Origin: Thermoplasmata archaeon | GTDB taxonomy: Archaea; Thermoplasmatota; Thermoplasmata; Lutacidiplasmatales; UBA184 | Direction: 5' to 3' | DNA: 64,000 nucleotides | Assembly (NCBI GenBank): GCA_035502475.1 | Contig: DATJUJ010000030.1 | Location: 2,343 to 66,342 of the forward strand | Shown here: piece after piece, positions 35,306 to 43,236 of the stretch | How the letters are laid out: each line of letters opens with the position of its first letter | How positions within the stretch are numbered: the first letter of the stretch is position 1 | Program-made: the position numbers and the translations under genes | Notes under the pieces: model-generated | The model's database searches: none | What the model saw: the letters and a program-made list of their open reading frames with translations, nothing else | What the model was told of the DNA's origin: nothing

Positions 35306-36013
35306 ATGTCGAGCTCCGACCGGGTCGGAGGGCCGGCCGACCGCCAACGGGACGCCGAGAGCACGCTGAAGCGCCTGGGGTTCGCCCGCATCGCCCCGCA
35401 CCGCGCGGAGCCCGGACTCGAGCCCAACTTCTGGGTCCAGGAGGCCGGCGTGCCGCGTCGCACGTTCCCCGTCTACGTGCCCCGGGTCCCCAGCGAGTCC
35501 GCCGACGACCGGCTCGACCGGTGGGTGGAGGGGGCCCGCGCCGACCGGGTCGCCTACCGACGCGCGATCTTCGTCGTGCCGAACGACGACGCCGCCGACG
35601 CGGCCTGGGCGCGCATCGCGCGCACCCCCGGGGCGTCGATCGATCGCGAGGTGTCGATCCTCGTGGTGCCGCCCGCCGCCGACGAGCCCGGTCACTTCCA
35701 CCTGCGGCTCGCGTCGCCGCGCGAGCTCCTCACGCTCGCCACGGGCGTCGTGGTCGGCCTGTTCCGACGGGCCCAGGCGTCCGAGGGCTCGGCCCAGATC
35801 GACTTCGAGGAGCTCCTGGTCCTCCTGCAGCAACGGTTCGGGATCGACGTCCACCGCTCGCTCGGGGTCAAGTCCGACGAGGACGCCCTGTTCCTGCTCT
35901 ACCAGCTCGCCCAGCGGGACTCGTACGCGCCCGGCGACCCGGGCGCCAACCTGCACCTCTTGGTCCTCAAGCCGACCGGACCGTCCGCCCGGCTCCCGTG
36001 GTTCGCCGCGTAG
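35306..36013 (+). CDS. Hypothetical protein of unknown function.
   Basis: A 235-aa product with protein-like composition (FPVYVPRVPSE...AIFVVPNDDAADAAWARIA...IDFEELLVLLQQRFGIDV). No family was recognised. Confidence 0.45.
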   Translation: MSSSDRVGGPADRQRDAESTLKRLGFARIAPHRAEPGLEPNFWVQEAGVPRRTFPVYVPRVPSESADDRLDRWVEGARADRVAYRRAIFVVPNDDAADAAWARIARTPGASIDREVSILVVPPAADEPGHFHLRLASPRELLTLATGVVVGLFRRAQASEGSAQIDFEELLVLLQQRFGIDVHRSLGVKSDEDALFLLYQLAQRDSYAPGDPGANLHLLVLKPTGPSARLPWFAA

Positions 36014-36061
36014 GGCGGCACGAACCGAGCCGTTAAGAACCGGGGGCCCGTCGAACCGGCG

Positions 36062-36244
36062 ATGAGCGACGCCGCGGGCGGTTACCGGAGCCCCTACACG
36101 GCCTACCCCGGCGCGTCGATGCCCCCGCCCTCGACCACGCCCGAGCAAGGCAAGGCCGACCTCTGGACGTTCTTCTGGCTGGCGATCGCGAACACCGCGA
36201 TCATTGCCGCCGCCGGCATCGGGGCCTGGTGGTTCGTCCACTAG
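36062..36244 (+). CDS. Small C-terminally anchored membrane protein (60 aa).
   Basis: Pro/Thr-rich N-terminus followed by a TM helix LWTFFWLAIANTAIIAAAGIGAWWFV. Confidence 0.3.
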   Translation: MSDAAGGYRSPYTAYPGASMPPPSTTPEQGKADLWTFFWLAIANTAIIAAAGIGAWWFVH

Positions 36245-36305
36245 GCGGCCGGCCACCTAAACCATTATCTTGGCGGCCCGGGTCGGAGCCGCGCCGGCGC
36301 GGCGT

Positions 36306-36380
36306 GGGGCCGTGGGGTAGCTTGGACCATCCTTCTTGCTTGGGGTGCAAGAGACTCCGATTCAAATTCGGACGGCCCCA
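36306..36380 (+). tRNA. tRNA-Pro with anticodon GGG.
   Basis: Acceptor GGGGCCG/CGGCCCC, U8, D-loop containing GG, anticodon stem CTTGC/GCAAG with loop TTGGGGT (U33, GGG, G37), T-arm TCCGA-TTCAAAT-TCGGA, discriminator A. A TATA-like CCATTATCT lies about 35 nt upstream. It is not in the ORF track. Confidence 0.75.
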
Positions 36381-36428
36381 CCGGCCGCGCCGTCCCTTCT
36401 TGTAGCCGGGAACGGTGTCCCGCGACCG

Positions 36429-37070
36429 ATGCCCCGACGGTTCCTCGCCGAACGCCGGCGCGACCCCTACTACCGGGCCGCCCGCTCGGAAGGCCTCCGC
36501 TCGCGGGCCGCCTTCAAGCTCGCGTACCTCGACGATCGGTTCCGCTTCCTCGCGCCGGGCGCGCGGGTCCTCGACCTGGGGGCGGCCCCGGGCGGCTGGT
36601 CGCTCATCGCCCGCGAGCGGGTCGGCCGGCGCGGGGTGGTGGTGGCCGTCGATCCCCGGCCGGTCGAGCCGATCGACGGCGTCCGGGTGGTGCGGGGCCG
36701 GGTCGGGGAGGCCGCCCTGCGCGGCCGCCTGGGACCGGAGCCGTTCGATGCGGTGCTCTCCGACATGTCGCCGCGCATCAGCGGCGCCTACGCGACCGAC
36801 CACGCGCGCAGCGTGGGCGCGGTGCGCGACGCCTTCCGGCTCGCGGGCCTCGTGCTCGCCCGGCACGGCGCGTTCGTCGCGAAGGTGTTCGACGGCGACC
36901 TCGTGCCCCCGCTCGAGGCCGAGCTCGCGGCCCGGTTCCGTCGGGTCCGCCGCACGAAGCCTCCGGCGTCGCGCGGGGCGTCGTCGGAGCTGTACCTCGT
37001 CGCGCTCGACTTCCTCGGCCCGGAGCCGACCGCGGCCGACCGGCCGCCGGCCGCGGCGCCCGATATATAG
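36429..37070 (+). CDS. rlmE: 23S rRNA (uridine-2'-O)-methyltransferase RlmE/FtsJ.
   Basis: Sequence RSRAAFKLAYLDDRFRFLAPGARVLDLGAAPGGWSLIA...DAVLSDMSP. Internal ATG at 36429. The product is 213 aa. Confidence 0.8.
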   Translation: MPRRFLAERRRDPYYRAARSEGLRSRAAFKLAYLDDRFRFLAPGARVLDLGAAPGGWSLIARERVGRRGVVVAVDPRPVEPIDGVRVVRGRVGEAALRGRLGPEPFDAVLSDMSPRISGAYATDHARSVGAVRDAFRLAGLVLARHGAFVAKVFDGDLVPPLEAELAARFRRVRRTKPPASRGASSELYLVALDFLGPEPTAADRPPAAAPDI

Positions 37071-37121
37071 GTTCGGGAAATACCGCCGGTCCCCTCTCCC
37101 CGCGTTGAGGCTTGGTTATTC

Positions 37122-38300
37122 GTGATCCGCTACGGACCGGCGGGCATCCCTCTCTCCTGCAAGGGGCGCACGCTCCGCGACGGCATCGCCGACGTCCACC
37201 ACCTCGGGCTCACCGCGATGGAGGTCCAGTTCATCAAGGTCAATCCGCTCACCCGGCTCGCGCTCGACGAGGAGGTCGGGAAGCTCCCGCGCGAGCTGCC
37301 CGGCCAGCTCATCGTCAGCGTCGGTCCGGGGGAGGCGCAGGGCGGGTCGCCGAGCGCCCCCCTGCTCGGGGCGCCGGTGAAGCGGAAGGACTCGCTCACG
37401 ACGCTCACCTGGAGCCTCGCGAAGGACGCCGCGGACCTCGAGCAGACGAAGATGCTCGCGCGCTCGCTCGACGTCGACCTCACGCTGCACGCCCCCTACT
37501 ACGTCGACTTCTTCGGTTCGAGCGACGCCCGCGAGCAGTCGACGCGCCAGATCCAGTGGGCGGGCGTGCTCGCGCACGGGTTGGGCGCGCGCCTCGCGGT
37601 GACGCACCTCGGCTTCTACGGCGGCGGCGAGCGGGCGGACTCGATCCAGCAACTGACCGAGATCGTCACGGACCTCGCCGACTGGCTCCAGAAGTTCTCG
37701 AAGGGGACGGTCCGCCTCGCGATCGAGCCAAGCGGGCACCCCGACGTCTTCGGGTCGCGCGAGGAGGTCCTCGAGCTCGCCCGCCACGTCAAGGGCACGA
37801 TCCCCGTCCTCAACCTGCCGCACCTCGCCGCCCGCGAGCGCACGTCGTTCGAGACCGCGGAGTCCCTCGCGCCCGTGGTGAAGGAGTTCGTCGCCGCGAC
37901 GAACGGACCGCTCTACCTCAACTTCTCCGGCGTGGAGTTCTACGGGCCCGGCGAGTTCCGCCTGACCCCGATCAAGCGCGGGCTGGTGCGGTTCGACCCG
38001 CTCGCGGAGATCCTCGCCGAGCGCGACTACGACGCGACCGTGATCTCGAGCTCGCCGCTGCTGGAGCACGACGCGATGTACATGAAGCTCCTCTACGAGC
38101 GGGCGCTCACCCGGCGCTGGACGAAGCAGCACGCCCCGCCCCCGCCCAAGCCGGCGCCCAAGGAGGCGGTCGCCGCCAAACCGACGACGAAGCCGAAGCC
38201 GGCGGCCCGGCCCGCGGCCCGGCCCGCGCCGGCGGCCCGTGCCCGCCCCGCCCCGAAGCGCAAGGAGGTGCGGTCGCGTGACCGGCACCGGCGACGATAA
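37122..38300 (+). CDS. Xylose-isomerase-like TIM-barrel protein of the AP endonuclease family 2 (Nfo-like), with a Lys/Pro/Ala-rich basic C-terminal tail.
   Basis: N-terminus IRYGPAGIP, metal-ligand-like HAPYYVDF and LAIEPSGHPDVF. The roughly 60-aa tail reads KPAPKEAVAAKPTTKPKPAARPAARPAPAARARPAPKRKEVRSRDRHRRR. GTG start. The protein is 392 aa. Confidence 0.55.
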   Translation: MIRYGPAGIPLSCKGRTLRDGIADVHHLGLTAMEVQFIKVNPLTRLALDEEVGKLPRELPGQLIVSVGPGEAQGGSPSAPLLGAPVKRKDSLTTLTWSLAKDAADLEQTKMLARSLDVDLTLHAPYYVDFFGSSDAREQSTRQIQWAGVLAHGLGARLAVTHLGFYGGGERADSIQQLTEIVTDLADWLQKFSKGTVRLAIEPSGHPDVFGSREEVLELARHVKGTIPVLNLPHLAARERTSFETAESLAPVVKEFVAATNGPLYLNFSGVEFYGPGEFRLTPIKRGLVRFDPLAEILAERDYDATVISSSPLLEHDAMYMKLLYERALTRRWTKQHAPPPPKPAPKEAVAAKPTTKPKPAARPAARPAPAARARPAPKRKEVRSRDRHRRR

Positions 38301-38850
38301 CGGCTCCACGTTCGTGCTCGCCCAGCGCTACGTGGCCGACCGGGTCACGACCGCGCTCGACCGCATCGACGCGCGGGTGGTCGGCCGCGTGGTCGCGATC
38401 CTCACGGCCGCGCCCCAGATCTTCGTCTACGGGGCCGGGCGCAGCGGGATCGTCGGGCGCGCCTTCGCGATGCGGCTCGTGCAGACGGGGCTGCGGGCGT
38501 ACGTCATCGGCGAGAGCGTCACGCCGATCGTGAAGCGCGGCGACGCGGTGTTCATCCTCTCGGGCCAGGGCGAGAGCTCGTCGAGCATCCAGACGGCGAA
38601 CATCGTCCGACGGGAGGGCGCCGACCTGGTCGTCCTCACCGCGAAAGGGTCGTCGAAGCTCGCGCACGCCGCGACCCTCCTGCTGACGCTCGACTTCGAG
38701 GACGACCCGGACCGGCCGCGCTTCGCCCCGCTCGGCACGCTGTTCGAGGAGGCGAGCCTCCGGCTCACCGACGCGCTCATCGCCGAGCTGATGCGCGCCC
38801 GGGGCGAGACCGAGGGCTCGATGCGCCGCCGGCACGCGATCATGGTGTAG
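38278..38850 (+). CDS. SIS-domain sugar-phosphate isomerase, 6-phospho-3-hexuloisomerase-like.
   Basis: GTG start after AAGGAGGTG, overlapping the 3' end of the upstream gene. SIS motifs IFVYGAGRSGIVGRAF and VFILSGQGESS. Confidence 0.7.
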   Translation: MTGTGDDNGSTFVLAQRYVADRVTTALDRIDARVVGRVVAILTAAPQIFVYGAGRSGIVGRAFAMRLVQTGLRAYVIGESVTPIVKRGDAVFILSGQGESSSSIQTANIVRREGADLVVLTAKGSSKLAHAATLLLTLDFEDDPDRPRFAPLGTLFEEASLRLTDALIAELMRARGETEGSMRRRHAIMV

Positions 38851-38922
38851 CCCCGCGGCCGAAACCTTAAGCGCGGGGCGCCATCCCCGGCGGCCGTGCC
38901 GCGACCGAACGGGCCGAACGCG

Positions 38923-39396
38923 ATGACGCTCGTCCCCGTGCCGACCCGGTTCTTCGTCACGAGCGGCAAGGGGATCAACCGCACCAGCGAGCTCAACGCC
39001 TTCGACCTCGCGCTGCTCCAGGCCGGGATCGGCGAGCAGAACCTGGTGAGCGTCTCGTCGGTCCTCCCGATCGGGATCCGCCAGGTCGACCGGACCCGGA
39101 TCGCCCGGGGCGCGATCACCCACACCGTGCTCTCCCGCTACTCGGGGGGCGAGGGCGAGGTGATCAGCGCGGGGATCGCCTACGGCTTCCGGAACGACGG
39201 CCAGGGCGGCTACGTCGCCGAGGGCCATTTGCACGGGACCCAGAAGTCGCTCAAGGAGTTCCTCAAGTGGCGGATGGAGGAGATCGCCCACTTCCGGGGC
39301 GTCGAGCTCCGCCGGATCCACTACCGGACCGAGGAACTGTCGATCCCGATGGACCACTACGGCGTCTGCATCGCCGCGTGCGTCTTCCTGCCGTAG
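38923..39396 (+). CDS. pdaD: Pyruvoyl-dependent arginine decarboxylase proenzyme.
   Basis: N-terminus MTLVPVPTRFFVTSGKG. The processing-site region SVSSVLP is typical of PdaD. The product is 157 aa. Confidence 0.85.
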   Translation: MTLVPVPTRFFVTSGKGINRTSELNAFDLALLQAGIGEQNLVSVSSVLPIGIRQVDRTRIARGAITHTVLSRYSGGEGEVISAGIAYGFRNDGQGGYVAEGHLHGTQKSLKEFLKWRMEEIAHFRGVELRRIHYRTEELSIPMDHYGVCIAACVFLP

Positions 39397-39409
39397 GGCC
39401 CCGCCGCGG

Positions 39410-39745
39410 CTACAGGAGCCGCCGGAACAGGAGCTTATCTTCGAGGCTGCCCTCGATCGCGAGCTTGCGGAGCACGAGCGCCTTCATCGGGCCGATCTCC
39501 TTCTTGATGAGCCCGTCGAACGTCTTCACGTCCGTCGTGATCGTGAGGTCGGCCTTCGAGGCGCGGGCGGTCCGCAGGTTCGTGAGCCGGCCCTGAGCGA
39601 GGTCGACCGCGTAGGTCCCCTCGTCGGTGAGCCGCACCTGGATCGTGCGGGAGAGCCCCTTCAGCTCCTCCGCGACGGCCGGGTTCTTCGCCGCGTGCCG
39701 GTTGAACCGGTCGACGAGGCCCGCGAGCGTCTCCTCGACGGTCAT
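39410..39745 (-). CDS. SCP2 sterol-carrier-like domain protein.
   Basis: The 111-aa sequence ...TYAVDLAQGRLTNLRTARASKADLTITTDVKTFDGLIKKEIGPMKA matches an SCP2 fold. Confidence 0.7.
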   Translation of the reverse strand: MTVEETLAGLVDRFNRHAAKNPAVAEELKGLSRTIQVRLTDEGTYAVDLAQGRLTNLRTARASKADLTITTDVKTFDGLIKKEIGPMKALVLRKLAIEGSLEDKLLFRRLL

Positions 39746-40359
39746 GGAAGGAACTCGTCCAGGGTACGAGCCGACCGGGCGCTCTTAGCCCTTTGGACGG
39801 GCGCCCAGCTCGCGCGCAGCCAGCGCGGCGCCGGTCCGCCCGCCCCGACCGTCCGCTCGACGAACCGCTGCGTCACCGGGTCGGACGGGTACCCCGAGCC
39901 GACCTCGTCCCCGAGCCGTCGCCGCAGGTCGCCGAGCGCCCGGTCCCGCCGGACCTTCGCGACGATCGACGCGGCGCCCACGACCGGCTCGGTCTCGTCG
40001 GCCCGGTGCCGGGCGACGATGCGGGCGCACCCACCGGTCGCCGCGAACAGGCGTCGGGCGAACCGGGCGGCGTTCGGATCGCAGGCGTCGACGATCGCGG
40101 TCTCGGGCCCGACCGCGACGATGAGCCGGGCGAACGCATCGAGCTCGAGGTCGTTGAGCCGTCCCCGGGCGACCCAGCGGTCGATCGTCCGCGGCGGGAG
40201 CGCGATCGAGCGGAACTCGCCGACGGACCGCAGGCGGCGGTAGATCGCCGCGCGGCGCTCGGGCGCGAGCTGCTTCGAGTCCTTCACCCCGTGGGCGCGC
40301 AGCGCGTCGTCCCGGCCCTCGGGCATCCAGAACGCGCCGACGACGAGCGGGCCCAGCAC
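39742..40359 (-). CDS. rnhB: Ribonuclease HII; the annotated frame lacks the N-terminal catalytic segment.
   Basis: RNase HII body (...DSKQLAPERRAAIY...DAC...) beginning at a GTG. The conserved GLDEAGRG motif is encoded in frame immediately upstream (40360-40400), with no ATG/GTG/TTG before the next in-frame stop. Confidence 0.7.
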   Translation of the reverse strand: MLGPLVVGAFWMPEGRDDALRAHGVKDSKQLAPERRAAIYRRLRSVGEFRSIALPPRTIDRWVARGRLNDLELDAFARLIVAVGPETAIVDACDPNAARFARRLFAATGGCARIVARHRADETEPVVGAASIVAKVRRDRALGDLRRRLGDEVGSGYPSDPVTQRFVERTVGAGGPAPRWLRASWAPVQRAKSARSARTLDEFLP

Positions 40360-40471
40360 GCTCCCCCGCCCGGCCTCGTCCAGGCCGAGGACGCACGGAC
40401 GCTCCGTTCGCTCCCCCTCCGCAGGGGCATCGGCCCCAAGGAGTTAAACCGGAGCCGACCTTTCCGCGGCG

Positions 40472-41371
40472 ATGGCGCTCGACGGTCTCTCGGTCCCGAT
40501 CCCGACCCTCTTCGACGACGCCGGGGCGCTCGACCTGGGACGGAACTCGCGGTTCGCCCGCACGCTCTCCGACGCCAAGGTCGATCACCTGTTCGCGCTC
40601 GGATCGCTCGGCGAGTTCGCCAGCCTCACCGATCCCGAGCGCGCCCAGCTGGTCGATCTGCTCGTCGAGAGCGTGAGCGGCAAGACCGACCTCTGGGTCG
40701 GGGTGGGCGCCCCGTCGACCGGGCGCGCGGTCGCCTACGCCACGGCGGCGGAGTCGGCCGGCGCCGAGGTGCTGGTCGCGGTGCCCCCGTACTACCTCCA
40801 TCCCACCCCCGCCGCGGTCGAACGCTACTACCGGGCGATCCACGCGGCCGTGGGCGTGCCCCTGTTCGCGTACAACATCCCGTCGCTGGTGGGGTACGCG
40901 CTCGCGCCGACGCTCGTCCACCGCCTCGCGAGCGACCACGTCCTCGCGGGCATCAAGGACACGGCCGGGTCGATCGCGAGCGTGACGGCGTTCCTCGACG
41001 GGGCACCGCCGGGATTCGCGGTGATGCCCGGTGACGACCGGCTCGCGAGCGAGGCGATCGCGCGGGGCGCGAGCGGCGCGGTCATGGGGCTCGCCAACCT
41101 GGTGCCCCGGTTGTGCGTCGAGCTCGTCGCGGCGGCCCGCGGGAAGGACTCCGCCCGGGCGTCCGAGCTCCAGGCGCTGGTGGATGCGCTCGTCGACGTG
41201 ACGCACGCGGGTCCGTTCCCCGCGGTCGACAAGTTCCTCGCGCAGCGGCTGCGCGGCGCGGACGTCGGCTACCGAGCCCCGTACGACCCGCTGTCGCCCG
41301 ACGAGCAGGCGGCGGTGCTCGGTAAGCTCGCCCCGCTCGAGTCGAAGCTCGCCCCGTTCCTGGGGCGCTGA
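40472..41371 (+). CDS. DapA-family class I aldolase (2-keto-3-deoxygluconate aldolase or dihydrodipicolinate synthase-like).
   Basis: Schiff-base lysine context LAGIKDTAGS, GxG and YN motifs (LFAYNIPS), 299 aa. Confidence 0.75.
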   Translation: MALDGLSVPIPTLFDDAGALDLGRNSRFARTLSDAKVDHLFALGSLGEFASLTDPERAQLVDLLVESVSGKTDLWVGVGAPSTGRAVAYATAAESAGAEVLVAVPPYYLHPTPAAVERYYRAIHAAVGVPLFAYNIPSLVGYALAPTLVHRLASDHVLAGIKDTAGSIASVTAFLDGAPPGFAVMPGDDRLASEAIARGASGAVMGLANLVPRLCVELVAAARGKDSARASELQALVDALVDVTHAGPFPAVDKFLAQRLRGADVGYRAPYDPLSPDEQAAVLGKLAPLESKLAPFLGR

Positions 41372-41373
41372 CC

Positions 41374-42468
41374 GTGCGCGCGGTCGTCGTGCGTCCGCCG
41401 GTGCCCGGCGTCGCGCTGACCGACGTCCCCCCACCGGTCCGCGCGCCCGGGCAGATCCGGGTCGGGGTCCTCGAGTGCGGGGTCTGCGGGACGGACCACG
41501 ACGTCGCGTCCGGCAAGTACGGTCGGGCCCCGCCGGGCTCCCCGTACCTCATCCTGGGCCACGAGAACCTGGGGCGGGTCCTCGAGGGCGACCCGTCGGT
41601 CGCCGGGTTCCAGCCCGGCGACCTCGTCGTCGCGACCGTGCGGCGGGGCTGCGGGCGGTGCCGGTTCTGCTTCGTGAACAAGTCCGATTTCTGCGAGTCC
41701 GGTGGCTTCACCGAGCGCGGGATCGGCGGGGCCCACGGCTACATGACCGAACAGTACGTCGAGGTCCCCGAGTACCTGGTGCACGTCGACCCGGCCCTGC
41801 GGCCGGTCGCGGTGTTGCTCGAGCCGCTGAGCGTCGTCGAGAAGGCGATCCTCCAGGGGCAGGTGGTCCTCGACCGCAAGGAGCCGACCCCGGGCCACGC
41901 CCGCGCCGCGGCCCCGAGCGCGCTCGTGGCGGGCACCGGGGCGATCGGCATGTTGGCGGCGTTCGTCCTGCGGGTGCGCGGCTACGAGGTGGTGGCGATC
42001 GACCGGCACGACGACTCGACACCGGCGGCCCGGACGCTCGCCCGGGTCGGCGCGACCCATGCGAACGCCGCGGCGGGGCTCGCCGTGCTCGGGTCCCGCA
42101 CCTTCGACCTCGTGGTCGAGGCGACCGGATCCGTCACGCTCGACTTCGGGCTCGCGAACCTGCTCGGCCCCAACGGGGTCCTCGTGCTCACCGGGATCCC
42201 GGACGCCTCGGGTCCGCCCACCGCGGTCTCGGCCGGGACGCTCTGGCGTGAGGTGGTGCTGGGGAACCGGGCGATCGTGGGGTCGGTGAACGCCAACCGC
42301 ACGTACTTCGAGTCGGGACTCGCGGACATGGCGACGTTCGAGGCCCGCTGGCCGGGGGCCCTGGCGAGCCTCATCTCGGCCCGTCGCCCGCTCGCCGACG
42401 TCGCGGACGTCCTCGCCGAGCATCTCGGCGGGACGATCAAGACCGTCCTCGAGGTCGCGCCCGGATAA
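41374..42468 (+). CDS. Zn-dependent medium-chain dehydrogenase, glucose/aldose 1-dehydrogenase-like.
   Basis: Catalytic Zn site GVCGTDHDV and structural Zn site CGRCRFCFVNKSDFCE. Rossmann motif VAGTGAIGM. The protein is 364 aa and lies next to the DapA-family aldolase. Confidence 0.7.
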   Translation: MRAVVVRPPVPGVALTDVPPPVRAPGQIRVGVLECGVCGTDHDVASGKYGRAPPGSPYLILGHENLGRVLEGDPSVAGFQPGDLVVATVRRGCGRCRFCFVNKSDFCESGGFTERGIGGAHGYMTEQYVEVPEYLVHVDPALRPVAVLLEPLSVVEKAILQGQVVLDRKEPTPGHARAAAPSALVAGTGAIGMLAAFVLRVRGYEVVAIDRHDDSTPAARTLARVGATHANAAAGLAVLGSRTFDLVVEATGSVTLDFGLANLLGPNGVLVLTGIPDASGPPTAVSAGTLWREVVLGNRAIVGSVNANRTYFESGLADMATFEARWPGALASLISARRPLADVADVLAEHLGGTIKTVLEVAPG

Positions 42469-42512
42469 AGGTCATATACGCTACCCCGCTCCGACCGCTC
42501 CTCGGAGAGCCG

Positions 42513-42914
42513 ATGGGTACCTGGCAGGGACGCTCGCGCCGCAAGCGGACGGGCGGACGCCTTCGCCCGATCCGCAAGAAGCGCCGCTTCGAGATCGCGC
42601 GCGAACTGCAGACCGCGACGATCGGGTCCGGCACGGTGAAGAAGTACCGCGTGCGGGGCCGGAACTTGAAGCTCCGCATCCTGACGACCCAGACGATCAA
42701 CGTGTTCGACCCGGCGAGCAAGAAGATGCAGCCGGCGAAGGTCATCACCGTCCGGGAGAACCCGGCGAACCCCAACTACGTCCAGCGGAACATCATCACC
42801 AAGGGCGCCATCCTCGAGACGGACCTGGGCCTCGTCAAGGTGCTCTCGCGGCCCGGCCAGGACGGCATCCTGAACGGCGTCCGCGTCGCCGCCCCCTCGG
42901 CGCCCGCGGCGTGA
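42513..42914 (+). CDS. rps8e: 30S ribosomal protein S8e.
   Basis: N-terminus MGTWQGRSRRKRTGGRLRPIRKKRRFE in a 133-aa protein. Confidence 0.9.
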   Translation: MGTWQGRSRRKRTGGRLRPIRKKRRFEIARELQTATIGSGTVKKYRVRGRNLKLRILTTQTINVFDPASKKMQPAKVITVRENPANPNYVQRNIITKGAILETDLGLVKVLSRPGQDGILNGVRVAAPSAPAA

Positions 42915-42933
42915 GCCCGGGCCGGTCCGGCCG

Positions 42934-43233
42934 ATGCCCGACCACTTCTTCGTGTACCCGGCCTACCTCGGGAAGGGGCTCTCGCGCCAGGACGGGCGCC
43001 GGTTGCGCGCGGACCTCGCGCTAACCGACCTCACGCTCGAGGAGATCGCCGCCGCGGCGAAGAAGCTCGGCCTGAAGGTCGAGATCGAAGCGGACCGGCA
43101 CTACCCCCGGCAGGCCGCGCAGTATGCGGGGCGCGTCAAGGTGACGAAGCGGGCCGGCACGTCGAAGGCCGGCTTCCTCCGACAGCTCGCGGGCGAGCTC
43201 GCGCGCCAGCGCGCGACCGCCCAGAAGCGCTGA
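42934..43233 (+). CDS. srp19: Signal recognition particle protein SRP19.
   Basis: Sequence FVYPAYLGKGLSRQDGRRL...LEEIAAAAKKLGLKVEIE, 99 aa. Confidence 0.85.
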   Translation: MPDHFFVYPAYLGKGLSRQDGRRLRADLALTDLTLEEIAAAAKKLGLKVEIEADRHYPRQAAQYAGRVKVTKRAGTSKAGFLRQLAGELARQRATAQKR

Positions 43234-43236
43234 ACC

